Shown: positions 1 to 9,955 of the stretch, piece by piece
How the letters are laid out: the number at the start of each line of letters is the position of its first letter
How positions within the stretch are numbered: the first letter of the stretch is position 1
Source of the DNA: Pirellulales bacterium
GTDB lineage: Bacteria > Planctomycetota > Planctomycetia > Pirellulales > PALSA-1355
Direction of reading: 5' to 3'
NCBI GenBank assembly: GCA_963733035.1
Contig: CAVTBU010000005.1
Coordinates: forward strand, 2,304,001-2,368,000
Length of the DNA: 64,000 nucleotides
Made by a program: the position numbers and the translations under genes
Notes under the pieces: generated by a model
What the model was told of the DNA's origin: nothing
Databases searched by the model: none
Seen by the model: only the letters and a program-made list of their open reading frames with translations

Positions 1-507
1 GACGCACTCGTTCTCGATCAGCTATTCGCCCGGCACTATGGCGAAGAGCGAGCGGTGCTGGAATCGCTCTGGTCGATTGCCGCCTCGCAGCACACCCTGG
101 CAACTTTCAACGGCAAGAGCTTCGACTGGCCGATGGTGCGCGACCGCAGCACGCGGCATCGGTTGGGCCAGCGCAAGGTGCGTTCGATCAGCCGGCAAAT
201 GCTCCGCGCCGACGGCGATCTGACGCACTGCGATCTGTTGCATCATGCCCGTCGACGTTGGAAGCGGGTCTTGCCAGACTGTAAACTGCAAACGCTCGAG
301 CGCTACGTCTGTCGCCGCGTACGGCAGGACGATCTGCCCGGCGCCGAAGTGCCGTCCGCCTATCACCAGTTCGTCCGGACGGGAGCCAGCGGACCAATCC
401 GTTCGATCCTGCACCACAACGCGCTCGACTTGCTTACACTCGTGCAGGTCACGTTGAAGCTGCTCGGCCTGCAGTGCCCGCCGGCAAACTTCTCCGCGGC
501 GAGTTGA
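1..507 (+). CDS. YprB-like RNase H-like (RNase_H_2) exonuclease, 5'-truncated by the window edge
   Basis: Frame is open from base 1. Motifs TFNGKSFDWP, HCDLLHHARR and HHNALDL are typical of the YprB/RNase_H_2 DEDD family. Confidence 0.8.
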   Translation, partial: DALVLDQLFARHYGEERAVLESLWSIAASQHTLATFNGKSFDWPMVRDRSTRHRLGQRKVRSISRQMLRADGDLTHCDLLHHARRRWKRVLPDCKLQTLERYVCRRVRQDDLPGAEVPSAYHQFVRTGASGPIRSILHHNALDLLTLVQVTLKLLGLQCPPANFSAAS

Positions 508-574
508 GATTGGTTTCGCATGGCTGGCATTGCCCCCCGTGCAAAGTTCACCAGCGCACAACGTCGGTGGCGAC

Positions 575-620
575 AAAAAACATTGGCCACGGCCCGCCCG
601 AAAGGACGTGGCCGTGGCCA
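575..620 (-). terminator. Intrinsic terminator-like hairpin
   Basis: TGGCCACGGCC...GGCCGTGGCCA stem, followed on the minus strand by a T6 run (AAAAAA at 575-580). Confidence 0.6.
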
Positions 621-627
621 GGTATAA

Positions 628-769
628 TCAAACCTCTAGCCCAATGCGACGGAGGAGTCGCTGCGAGAAGAGCGGGGCCAGACTGTGCTAGGCACTAGCC
701 TTTTGGTGGCCCAAGCTCACGCATTTAGTTAGGTCCTCCCGACGGTTTGAAGGCTATTCTGAGGTTTGA
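628..769. ncRNA. Candidate structured ncRNA (long irregular hairpin, 6S-like shape)
   Basis: Nested complementary blocks: TCAAACCTC/GAGGTTTGA, TAGCC/GGCTA, GGAGGA/TCCTCC, TGCG/CGCA, GAGC/GCTC, GGGCCA/TGGCCC. Lies in an intergenic region next to a terminator. Confidence 0.45.
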
Positions 770-1062
770 AGTTTCCGAGAGAATCGTTTTTCGGGCGCAC
801 CGAGCAAGTCATGGTCAGGACTTTACGGTGCCATGACATCGACGGCAGTCAGACTGCACAGTAGATCGGCAGTTTTGCGACGCCCCTTGGGCCGTTTTTG
901 AAAAACGCCCCTGGTTGTTCGCTCGTGTGAAATTATAGCTCGACCGCTCACCGAATGAAGGCGAAAAGAAGGCCAACTGGGCGCGAATAAATAACTCTTT
1001 CACCCAGGCATGAGATTTGCCTAGGCGGAAATGGGGCAGGGGGCGAGCAAGGAGATAATGGC

Positions 1063-1257
1063 TCAGCGGGGGAAGGATCTCGCCATGTCGGCCGGTGCCG
1101 GGCCACATTCGGCCTGAAGTTGATCCTGCTCGCTCCACAGGAACGCATCCACGGCCTCTTCCAGCATCTCCAGCGTCTCGTAGGTGCCGCTCGTGATCAG
1201 ACGCTTCAGTTCAGCGATCTTCGCTTCTCGTGCGATCGCTTCGGAAGATCGGGTCAT
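1063..1257 (-). CDS. Small FlgM-like anti-sigma-28 domain protein
   Basis: KIAELKRLITSGTYETLEMLEEAVDAFL resembles the FlgM C-terminal sigma-binding helix motif. GGAGG RBS upstream. Confidence 0.55.
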   Translation of the reverse strand: MTRSSEAIAREAKIAELKRLITSGTYETLEMLEEAVDAFLWSEQDQLQAECGPAPADMARSFPR

Positions 1258-1418
1258 CTTTTACCCTCCGTCGTATGCAACCACCGCCTACTCGTTTACG
1301 CCCCGGATCGGTGCGTTGGTGGATTCCAAGTTGCCACCATGCTAGCACATCAAACCGGAAATAAAACATGCCCGGCCAAGTGGCCTTCAGGCCCACCGCG
1401 CCAGGGAGCAAAAACGAC

Positions 1419-1458
1419 AAAACCTGCCGCAAATCACGCTGTTTTTGCGGCAGGTTTT
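1419..1458. terminator. Bidirectional hairpin terminator
   Basis: AAAACCTGCCGCAAA...TTTGCGGCAGGTTTT perfect inverted repeat downstream of the DUF1080 gene. Confidence 0.6.
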
Positions 1459-1545
1459 GAGGATTCCGGGTTGTGGATAAACTGTCGATTTCCGGCGTTC
1501 CCCGTTGGAAACGAACTCCCGACCCTCGACCGTCAAATCTTTCAG

Positions 1546-2532
1546 CTAAGATTTCTTTTCCACGACCCAGATGTTGCGATATTCCACTGGGTTGCCGTGG
1601 AACTGTAGCATCAGCGGGCCGCGTCCGGGCGATTCGTGCGGGGCTCCGCCGGGCGTCAGATGCGGTAGCTCGAAGTCGTCAAAAATAGTGACGCCGTTCT
1701 GCTTTACGGTCACACGCGCGTTCGAGGTTTTGTTCTCACCGTCGAACTTCGCACCCGTGAAGTCGAAATCATAGGTCTGCCAAGACAGGGGCGGCAGGCA
1801 CATGTTCACCGCCGGCTCCTTGATCTGATAGAAGCCGCCGCATTCGTTGTCCTTGCCTTCCAGTCCAAACGAATCGAGCACCTGGCACTCATAGCGGTTC
1901 TGTAGATAGACACCGCTGTTGCCTCGACCCTGCCCGCGCGCCGCCGGCATGTACGGCGTGCGGAATTCCAGGTGCAAGGTAAAGTCGCCGAACTCGTCCT
2001 TTGTGAGCGCACCAGCCTGCAGCAGGCCGTTCTTCACGCGGCTGACTTTCCAGGCATCGGCATTGCTACCGTCAAACAACACTTTCGCGCCCTCGGGCGG
2101 CGCGGCGCTCAGCGTCGGGCTCTTGCGTTCGACTTTTTGTAGCACTCCCATCTCTGCACCCGACAAATCCTGAATCGTCATCTTGCCGTCTTCAATGACG
2201 GCGGTGCCGGAGTCACCTTCGAACGTCACTTTGCCCTCTTCGCAGGTCGCATCCGCTTCCAGCTGCTGCATCCCGCGCTCCCAGCCGTCACCTGGCAATC
2301 CGCCGAAATAAAACACGCCATGAAACTTGTCGTCGCCCAGGGCAATTACCTGTGCGCCGAACTTGAGGGCCTCGTCTTGATCGGGTGCCTTGAGCTCGCC
2401 TTGATACTCGCCCTGAATGGCGAAGTCCGGACCTGCCTTGGCCGGATCGGTGATGGCCGGTCCCTCGGCCGCGAACCCGCGGCAAGCAAGCACCAACCCA
2501 AACAACGCCGCCAACATCAAACGCCTAAACAT
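1546..2532 (-). CDS. DUF1080 (3-keto-disaccharide hydrolase-like) secreted protein
   Basis: Signal peptide; LFDG, DFTLHLEF, GNSGVY and LQFHGNPVEYRNIW motifs. Confidence 0.9.
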   Translation of the reverse strand: MFRRLMLAALFGLVLACRGFAAEGPAITDPAKAGPDFAIQGEYQGELKAPDQDEALKFGAQVIALGDDKFHGVFYFGGLPGDGWERGMQQLEADATCEEGKVTFEGDSGTAVIEDGKMTIQDLSGAEMGVLQKVERKSPTLSAAPPEGAKVLFDGSNADAWKVSRVKNGLLQAGALTKDEFGDFTLHLEFRTPYMPAARGQGRGNSGVYLQNRYECQVLDSFGLEGKDNECGGFYQIKEPAVNMCLPPLSWQTYDFDFTGAKFDGENKTSNARVTVKQNGVTIFDDFELPHLTPGGAPHESPGRGPLMLQFHGNPVEYRNIWVVEKKS

Positions 2533-2850
2533 GGCATCAATCTCCTGGATGACTCAGAGGAAGTAGTACTTCAGGTGCGAACCCAATTCCGAAGCCAGTA
2601 TTGTGACTGGCGCACAAACGCGTCGCAAGCGATTGGCATCGCGCCCGCCAATCCAGTTGATTTCCGCCACGCGATTTTCACGCGTGCGAGCAAGAAACGA
2701 ACGATGAAACGGCTGCCGCAATCACCCGTGCCGCGGAACACCGCGGCCGATCGCAACCGCCGCCACTTGGCTCGGGGTCCGTTGCGCGAAAAAAGCGGGC
2801 TCGGTTTCGCTTGCCGAACCCGCGTTCGAATCCGTTTTCAGTCGACCCGC

Positions 2851-4335
2851 TCACGCAAACAGCTGCGTCACGACTTCCGCCTTTACCAACTCGCGCGGTT
2901 GGTTCAAGTGGTTGTAAACGACCGTCAGCGGGTTGATGCCAACCGCGTGGTAGACCGACGCGAGTAGTTCGATCGGGTGCACCGGGTTTTCCAGCGGGGC
3001 CGAGGCGGTCGCATCCGACTTGCCGTACACAAATCCGCGCTTGGCGCCCCCGCCGGCCACGATGCCGGTATAGCAGTAGGGCCAGTGATCGCGACCGTCG
3101 TCGCTGTTCGAGTTGCCCGAGGTGCTCACGCCGCGCTGCGGGCTGCGGCCGAACTCGCCGATCACCACGACCAGCGTATCGTCGAGCATGCCCCGCTCGT
3201 CCAGATCGGCAATCAGCGTTGAAATGCCGGCGTCAAACATCGGTGCCGATTGCGTCTTCATGCGGGTCGACAGACCGCTGTGATGATCCCACGAGTGATT
3301 GTCGGAGTTGGCGACCTTGGGCCATACGACTTCGACCACGCGGGTGCCGGCCTCGATCAAGCGGCGGGCAAGCATCAGGCTCTGGCCGAACGTGTTGCGG
3401 CCATATCGGTCGCGGGTGGCGTCGCTTTCGGCCTTGAGGTTGAAGGCGTCGAGCGCGCGGCCGGAACTGATCAGCCCCAACGCCTGGCCGTAGTATTCGT
3501 CCAGATCGTATTTGGCCACGGCCTTGTCGACCGCCGGCATGCCTTCGCTGATCAGGTCGCGCAAGCGAGCGCGCCGCTCGAGCCGGGCGCTGGTGACTTC
3601 CGGGCGCAGGCTCAGGTCGTCGACCTTGATATGCTCCATCTTGTTCATATCCATATCGTCGCCGGTCGGATACAGATAGTAAGGATCGTACGCCCGGCCG
3701 AGGAACCCGGCGGTGCCGCCTTTGCCCACCACGTTGCTCTCTTGCAGCGGGCGGGGAAGCATCACGAACGGCAGCATCGGCACCGTGGGCGGCTTCAGGC
3801 GAATGATGTTCGAGCCGAACGTGGGGAAGTCCTTCGGCGACGGCGGCTCGAGCTGTCCCGACGGGCTCACTTTGTCGGTCGTATAGCCGGTATGAATCTG
3901 ATAGATGGCCGCCGTGTGATTGAACAGCCCGTTGGGCGTGTAGCTCACCGAGCGGATCATCGTGAACTTGTCGTTTACCTGCGCGAGCTTCGGCAGATTT
4001 TCAGTGAACTGCACGCCGGGGATTTTGGTTGGGATCGGCTTGAAGATGCTCTTCACATTGTCCGGCACGTTTTCTTTCGGATCCCACAAGTCGAGGTGAC
4101 TCGGTCCGCCTTGCAGGTAGACCATGATCACGCTCTTGGCCTTGTTCCACCCAGGGCCGCTGCCGCTGAACGCCTCGGGCGAATTGGTGGCGGCCTGCGC
4201 CTGCTTGAGTTGCAGGATGTCGGCCAGGCTGAGGCCGAGCAGCGAGGCACCCCCAACGCGCAAGATGTCGCGCCGCGTGGGCCCCATGCCCCGATCGCAA
4301 TTGTCCTTGGCAAGCTGTCCGGGGATCCTGAGCAT
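2851..4335 (-). CDS. DUF1501 domain protein (Tat-type leader)
   Basis: TRRDILRVG leader; [32 protein letters not shown] and GRDHW motifs. Confidence 0.9.
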   Translation of the reverse strand: MLRIPGQLAKDNCDRGMGPTRRDILRVGGASLLGLSLADILQLKQAQAATNSPEAFSGSGPGWNKAKSVIMVYLQGGPSHLDLWDPKENVPDNVKSIFKPIPTKIPGVQFTENLPKLAQVNDKFTMIRSVSYTPNGLFNHTAAIYQIHTGYTTDKVSPSGQLEPPSPKDFPTFGSNIIRLKPPTVPMLPFVMLPRPLQESNVVGKGGTAGFLGRAYDPYYLYPTGDDMDMNKMEHIKVDDLSLRPEVTSARLERRARLRDLISEGMPAVDKAVAKYDLDEYYGQALGLISSGRALDAFNLKAESDATRDRYGRNTFGQSLMLARRLIEAGTRVVEVVWPKVANSDNHSWDHHSGLSTRMKTQSAPMFDAGISTLIADLDERGMLDDTLVVVIGEFGRSPQRGVSTSGNSNSDDGRDHWPYCYTGIVAGGGAKRGFVYGKSDATASAPLENPVHPIELLASVYHAVGINPLTVVYNHLNQPRELVKAEVVTQLFA

Positions 4336-4871
4336 GCTCGCATACCTCCGGTAAACGGATGTTGGTGGGTTGTGCTGGGGGAAGGCAGGCAGAGCCCGAC
4401 CGCCGCATTGGCCAGCCAGACTCGACAGGGCATCCAGCCCAACTCTCGACAGGAATGCGAAGCGCGAAGCGCAGCCTCACCCCCGCCGGGAGCCGCCCGC
4501 AGTATAACGGCAGACTTTGATGGGTGTCAAATTTCAAGCGCGCCAGGCGGTTCCTCGGTGCCAGGACAACCACGATTCCGATCGTCCGACGGCCTTTGCG
4601 GCAACAAAGTGGCTCGGTTTCGATTTTCAAAGATTTCCGAGTGGCTCGATTTTCGAGCTGCACTTTTTGTGAAACTTTTCATTCCTAAGGGAGGCCGAAA
4701 AACCGAACAATTCACCTCCCCAAACCGTGCATTTGCCCTTGTTTGACCATCAAAAAAACCCCCGCAGACTCGGTCCATAATCTCTCGACCCTAAGCTAGG
4801 CGAAAGGCTGGCCCGATTGCTAGAGACAAACCCAGCTAAAGTCGCTGACGCGGGTGCGCGGCAGGAAGAAT

Positions 4872-4894
4872 GTAGGTCAGGCCCTGGCCTGACA
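4872..4894 (+). repeat. GTAG-type REP
   Basis: GTAG-GTCAGGCC-CT-GGCCTGAC-A palindrome upstream of the RAYT. Confidence 0.85.
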
Positions 4895-4998
4895 GACGGT
4901 GATGGACCCGGACGTTCGACCCCGCTTAAAAACTCCGCGCCCGCCCGTGGCCTCACGCTCTGTTGTTGCGGCCGCAGCACGCGTCTAAAATTGCTCTC

Positions 4999-5550
4999 AT
5001 GTCCGAATACCGGCGGTACTTCGTGGCGGGCGGAACGTACTTTTTTACCGTCGTGACAGACGCCCGCGCGCCGCGATTCGACGACGCGCTTGCCCGGCGT
5101 CTGCTTGGCAGCGTACTTCGTCGTTGCGTTTTGCGGGCGCCGCTGCGAGTGCTGGCGATTGTCCTACTTCCAGACCACCTGCATTGCCTTTGGACCTTGC
5201 CGCCGGGCGATAGCGACTATTCCGCGCGATGGAACTGGATTAAGGGAGAGTTCACACGACAATGGCTGCAACTCGGCGGCCGAGAAAGCCCGCCAACTCA
5301 GGCGCGACGTTCCCAGCGTCGTCGTGGCGTTTGGCAGCGCCGCTTCTGGGAACACACGATCCGCGATGAGAATGACCTTGAGCGTCACGCCGACTATATT
5401 CACTACAATCCCGTCCGGCACGGTTTGGCCACGCGCCCGCGAGACTGGCCCTGGTCGAGTTTCCATCGTTGGGTGCGTCTAGGTCACTATCCGGCCGATT
5501 GGGGCCGCGACGGAACAGAAATCGAGTTGGGCTATGAAGGCGCCGAGTAG
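4999..5550 (+). mobile_element. REP-associated tyrosine transposase (RAYT/TnpA-REP, HUH Y1)
   Basis: GGTYFFTVVT, LPDHLH (HUH), WQRRFWEHTIR, YIHYNPVRHG and WPWSS motifs; flanked by REPs. Confidence 0.92.
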
Positions 5551-5566
5551 ACCAGACCGCGGCCCG

Positions 5567-5632
5567 GTCGGTCAGGCCCTGGCCTGACAGGCAAGCGTTG
5601 TCGGGCATCTGTCAGGCCAGGGCCTGACCTAC
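5567..5632. repeat. REPIN (inverted REP doublet)
   Basis: REP at 5567-5589 (GTCG variant) and an exact reverse-complement REP at 5610-5632, with a 20-bp spacer. Confidence 0.85.
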
Positions 5633-5657
5633 AAGTCTTTCGAAAGCGAGGATTGAG

Positions 5658-6173
5658 ATGACTGTTCGAAGCCGAATCACACCGAGCGTCTTCACGAAAT
5701 CCGTGGTCACGAAAATCATGGTCGTCGTCGTGCTCTTCGCGCTGCTGGCCGTGCCGGCACTGGCGCCCGCGGCCAGGCCGGACGCTGCGTCGTCGTCCCC
5801 CTTTCCGCATACGGTGAAATTCGAGCCGGGGGAAACGCGCTTCGACAATGGCGATGTGATCACGATCGACGAAGTCGACGGTACCGCGGCTACGTTTACG
5901 CCGGGCAATATCTACTGGATCAAGGGAACGTACACGCTCGCCTCGCGCGACGAGGCCACGCTGGCTGCTTACGTCACGGCGGCGGATTCCCAAGACGCGC
6001 GCAGCTACTCGTTTGACGTCCAGACGCGCGATTGCAAGCGGGGGAGCGGCAAGTTCACGCTGCTGCTGCCGATGTCCTACCGCGGCTGGCCGCACGTGAG
6101 TTTCTACCCCGCCGCCGGCGGCCAAAGTTTTGGCGGCACCTATTTCGGAACCGGCGACTCCGTGCGGAAGTGA
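5658..6173 (+). CDS. Hypothetical exported beta-rich protein
   Basis: RBS (GAGG), hydrophobic N-terminal segment, typical codon usage. Confidence 0.6.
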   Translation: MTVRSRITPSVFTKSVVTKIMVVVVLFALLAVPALAPAARPDAASSSPFPHTVKFEPGETRFDNGDVITIDEVDGTAATFTPGNIYWIKGTYTLASRDEATLAAYVTAADSQDARSYSFDVQTRDCKRGSGKFTLLLPMSYRGWPHVSFYPAAGGQSFGGTYFGTGDSVRK

Positions 6174-6241
6174 TGGTGAGGGACTGCGCTGGAGAAAGAC
6201 CAACTGCGACACGACTGTTCCGAAAGTGCCGGAACAGGATG

Positions 6242-6275
6242 GCGTCCCGTTTAAGTCCCCCTTAATTCCCCTATT
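6242..6275 (-). repeat. Cassette-boundary A arm (TAAACGGGACGC) with degenerate tandem copies
   Basis: Minus strand reads TAGGGGAAT-TAAGGGGGACT-TAAACGGGACGC. Confidence 0.6.
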
Positions 6276-6399
6276 TGGCAGGCGAATTGCTTTTTGCTAG
6301 ATTCGCGCTGCTTTGCGGTGGCCGCCAGCGCATTGTTGACCCTCTACGACTTTCGGCACGTGGTGCCGAGCGGCTTGTTTATAAGGTGCTGAAATCGCC

Positions 6400-7035
6400 A
6401 TGCAGCGTGCCTTGTCGCGGTTTATTGAGCATGCCCGGGAGCGCGGGTTGGATCATGTAACGATCTTTTTGCTGCTGAAGTCGGTGGGCTGGAAGGAGCG
6501 GGAGATTTCTGGGGCGATTGCCGAGCGGGAGCTGGCGATGCCGATTCCCGAGCGGGCGGGGGTTGGCTCGCCTCGCGACGCCTTCTTTCACTTGCTGGCG
6601 TTCACCGCGCTGTATGCCTGGGCCATCAGCTTGATCTACGTCTGCTTTACGTACATCAACTTTACGTTTCCCGATCCGGCCAAGCCGACGCCGACGTATG
6701 TAGTCGAATCCGTGCTGTCGAGCGTTCGCGTGGCGCTGGCCGCGCTGTTGGTCGCCTACCCTTTGTTTCTCGGGACCTGGTGGTTCCTGCTTGGCGAAGT
6801 GCGGAAGTATCCCGACAAGTCAAAGAGTCCTCTACGCCGCTGGCTCACATCGCTGACGCTGTTCGTTGCCGCGAACGTGATCCTGGGGGACGCGATCACG
6901 GTGGTTTACTATTTCGTCGAGGGAGACCTGACGGTTCGGTTTCTGCTCAAGGTGTTGGTCCTGTTCGTCGCGACGGGGGCCCTGTTCATTTATCTCGCAC
7001 TGACGCTGCGGGGCGAGGCGGAGGCTGGCAAATGA
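6400..7035 (+). CDS. DUF5671-like membrane protein
   Basis: RDAFFHLLAF..LY, LRRWLTSLTLFVA and GDLTVRFLLKV motifs; about 4 TM helices. Confidence 0.7.
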   Translation: MQRALSRFIEHARERGLDHVTIFLLLKSVGWKEREISGAIAERELAMPIPERAGVGSPRDAFFHLLAFTALYAWAISLIYVCFTYINFTFPDPAKPTPTYVVESVLSSVRVALAALLVAYPLFLGTWWFLLGEVRKYPDKSKSPLRRWLTSLTLFVAANVILGDAITVVYYFVEGDLTVRFLLKVLVLFVATGALFIYLALTLRGEAEAGK

Positions 7036-7471
7036 CCGGACGTTTGCACGTGGTCTTTGGTGTCCTTTCGGCATGCACGGTGATGCTGGCCATCGGATTG
7101 GGCTTTTCGCTGGTCGGATCGCCGACGACCCGCCGCGCGGAGCGGTTCGACGAAGAGCGTTTGCGGGATCTGCAGGTGATCGTTCGCGAAGTTCACAACC
7201 TGGTCGTCGAGCCGGGACCGCCGCCCACGCTCAGGGGACCGCTGCCTAAAACGCTGGACGAGATCGCCGAAAAGGCGCGGCTGGAAAAGATTGTCACCCA
7301 CGATCCCGAAACGGGCGAAGCGTACCGCTACGTCGTCAAGGACGGAACGACTTTCGAACTGTGCGCCGCTTCACGCATGCCCGCAAGTCCACCGACAGCG
7401 TGTACTGGAATCACCCCGCCGGCCAGCACTGCTACACGGTCAAAGTGCTCGACCCACCACCGTTCTACTGA
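7032..7471 (+). CDS. Single-TM partner of DUF5671 (frameshift near 7368)
   Basis: ATGA overlap with the upstream gene. GSP...R..RFDE.RL.DL and DPETG..Y.Y....FELCA continue in another frame as F...WNHPAGQHCY. Confidence 0.6.
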
Positions 7472-7525
7472 CGGAAATTCGATCGCTAGGGGAGTAAAAT
7501 AAAGGGGAATCAGCAGGGGAGTTGC

Positions 7526-7554
7526 AAAGGGGGACGCGATTTGCATCCCCTTAA
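7526..7554. repeat. Two-armed junction site (A|A)
   Basis: AAAGGGGGACGC-GATTT-GCATCCCCTTAA, flanked by degenerate GGGGAGT..TAAAGGGGA copies (7487-7565). Confidence 0.7.
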
Positions 7555-7613
7555 ATTACTCCCCAGAGAATGGTGGTTGGGGATGGCGTGCTGATTGTGA
7601 ACGACAATTTGCC

Positions 7614-9077
7614 ATGGGCCGAGTCATGCCTGTCACATTAGATTCCTTGGTTCGATTTGTCTGCAGCGCTGCGGTGATTTTCTTGCTAGGGTCACTTGAA
7701 AGATGCGACGCACAAATGGAGCGTGCCGGCTCCGCAGCACAGGCTTCCAAGGGAGCGGCGAAACTTGCGGCGTCCGATCTACTGACCGATGACCAGATCC
7801 GGCCGCCCAGAGTGTTTCGTTCGGCGAGGCGAAGTGGATGGTCCGTCTCGAGTTGCCCTCCTTCGACAATGGTATACGACTTCCGGGTCGTCCAGAGCGG
7901 TTCGCCATTACCAACGGTTTCATCCACACTCCGTTCAAGACCGCATCATAAACCGGCACCTGGACGATGGCACGTATGGCCCCACAGCACGTCGGCGAGG
8001 CGGCATTATCGATCAGGTCGCATGTTCTCAGGCAGGCATTGCAGTGACATCTCGACCACCGACCGTGGCGAGTTGCCGGATGCCGGACGCTTCATCGTCA
8101 TGAAAAATTGGGCAGGCGACGGCATCCGCGAACTCAAAGGGCACGCCTGCATGCCGTGGCGCGTCTGGGCGTCACCGACGGCACGCGGGTTGCCTCCTGC
8201 GCCGATGACAAGACGATGCGTCTCTGGGATGCTGACAGCGGGCGCGAATTGGCCGCATTCCCGGGGTATGGATACGGCGGAAACTTAAGCACGCGGCGGG
8301 GTGAGTTCGTCTCGTTTTCGCCGGACGGCAAGTGGCTGGCGACAGCCTTTGAGCATCGCATATCGCTTCGCCGCCCGTCCGATGGAAAGGAGGTAGCGGT
8401 TTGGAACTTGGACCAGCAACTGGAGATGTTCGAGATTCTCCAAGGCATCCGCTTCTCTGCAGACAGCCAGTCCTTGCTCGCATTCCGTCCGATGACGTTT
8501 CAGCCGCACGACCGCCAGAAATTCTTTTGTGGAGCATCCACTCTGCGAAGCAAACCGTCTTCATCGGCGACCACGACGCGATTGATGGCCGACTTAGCGA
8601 GGACGGGGAGAACGTCTTTACTTGGAATAGCTCACCGGCGATTACTCTTTGGGCGTGCGCAGCAAGAACGTAGTGCGCACAGTCAACGTAGCTCCGAAGC
8701 ACCTGTGGGCCATCGCGTTTTCCAAAACGGCGAATATGATTGCGGCCGCGGGTGACGACGGTGAAGTGCGATTTTGGAACTTCACGACCTTCGAGAAGTG
8801 CAATCCGAAGCGATGCTACAAGCACAAGGGCATCCAAACCGTCCAGTTTAGTGAAGACGGCACGTATCTTGTGACGGCTGCCGCCGATGGCTCCCTCGCT
8901 GTGTGGGACAGCTTTCCCACGATTAGATGTGCCCGTTCCACGAACCTTTCAATTACCCACAAGTTCCTGTACCGCCGTTTTGCGGTACAGGCTAATCTTG
9001 TAGCAGCGGAGCTTTGTTTTCAATTCGTCAATTCGCTGAAGGTAAGGGGTGGTCAGGTCAATCCAGCCGATTTTTAA
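7614..9077 (+). pseudogene. WD40-repeat protein, multiply frameshifted
   Basis: WD40 fragments lie in different frames: ASCADDKTMRLWD, FSPDGKWLATA, AGDDGEVRFWN, FSEDGTYLVTAAADGSLAVWD. Confidence 0.7.
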
Positions 9078-9323
9078 GCTCGCGCAGTTTGCTCACGTGT
9101 TTGATCAACGGGAGGGCCTCGTAGACGGCCTTGCGATTCCGAAGCGTTACGCTGGCAACACGGCCACCGAGTCCGACGACACGCCCGTATTCCTTCGCGG
9201 CGGCGGTGGCTTTTTCACGCTTGCGTTCAACCATCACTGCAAGTGCGCCGCAGGCAATCAATAGACCCGTGGCGATAATCGCAGCTTTTCACCAGATGCT
9301 TGAGGCCTAGACATGGGAGTCAC

Positions 9324-9352
9324 TAAAGGGGATGCGAAGACGCGAACCTTTT
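9324..9352 (+). repeat. Two-armed junction site (A|B)
   Basis: TAAAGGGGATGC-GAAGA-CGCGAACCTTTT. Confidence 0.7.
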
Positions 9353-9418
9353 CGTGCACGACTCCGGGCCATGGTTTACGCGATAAGACTGCGGCGTCCG
9401 CACGCTGTTCCGCCAAAG
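9353..9418 (+). mobile_element. Short degenerate IS transposase 3' fragment
   Basis: Similar to 14341-14410 (shares TCGTGCA.GA.TC and TGCGGCGTCCGCA). Confidence 0.5.
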
Positions 9419-9955
9419 CATTTCAAAGAACAGCGCGTGTTAGCGGGGATTCATACAGTCATCTTGGATCACGCGCCGGCAATTACCGGCGTGTGATTGG
9501 TGCCGTCGGAAAAATTTCCGGATTTCTTGTCAGGAACCTGCGCACGGCGGTCCAAAGATTCATGACAGGTGGTGTCTCAGTATTCGGTATTAGGCTACAA
9601 ACTAAATCCAAAATCGCCCGCGGCCGGGGCAGTTTGCTTCAACAAGTTCGGTGCACGCGGGCAGTCCGCCCAACGCCACCAACGATAACGGGTACACGGC
9701 CGACGGCGGCGGTTTCGAGACGCCCAGCGGCCTGCCGAGAAAATTTGACCGCCGGCGCTTATTTGTGCTACCCTCATCCCAACATTTAGGCAGCGCCAAT
9801 GAGTCAACCTAACAATGAGCGTTTGTTGGCAACATGCTGTGATCTGTAGGCCTCGTGCCTGCGGATCGTAGCATTTTTTTTGCGGCAGAGAGCTGGCTGG
9901 CCGCGGTGGGGTCATTACGCGGAAATGTACCACACAACTGTTGAGGGAAACGCCG

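Noticed and set aside
9058..9261. Minus-strand ORF as a real gene
   Set aside because: It may be a decayed fragment inside the WD40 module, but it has no recognisable motif.
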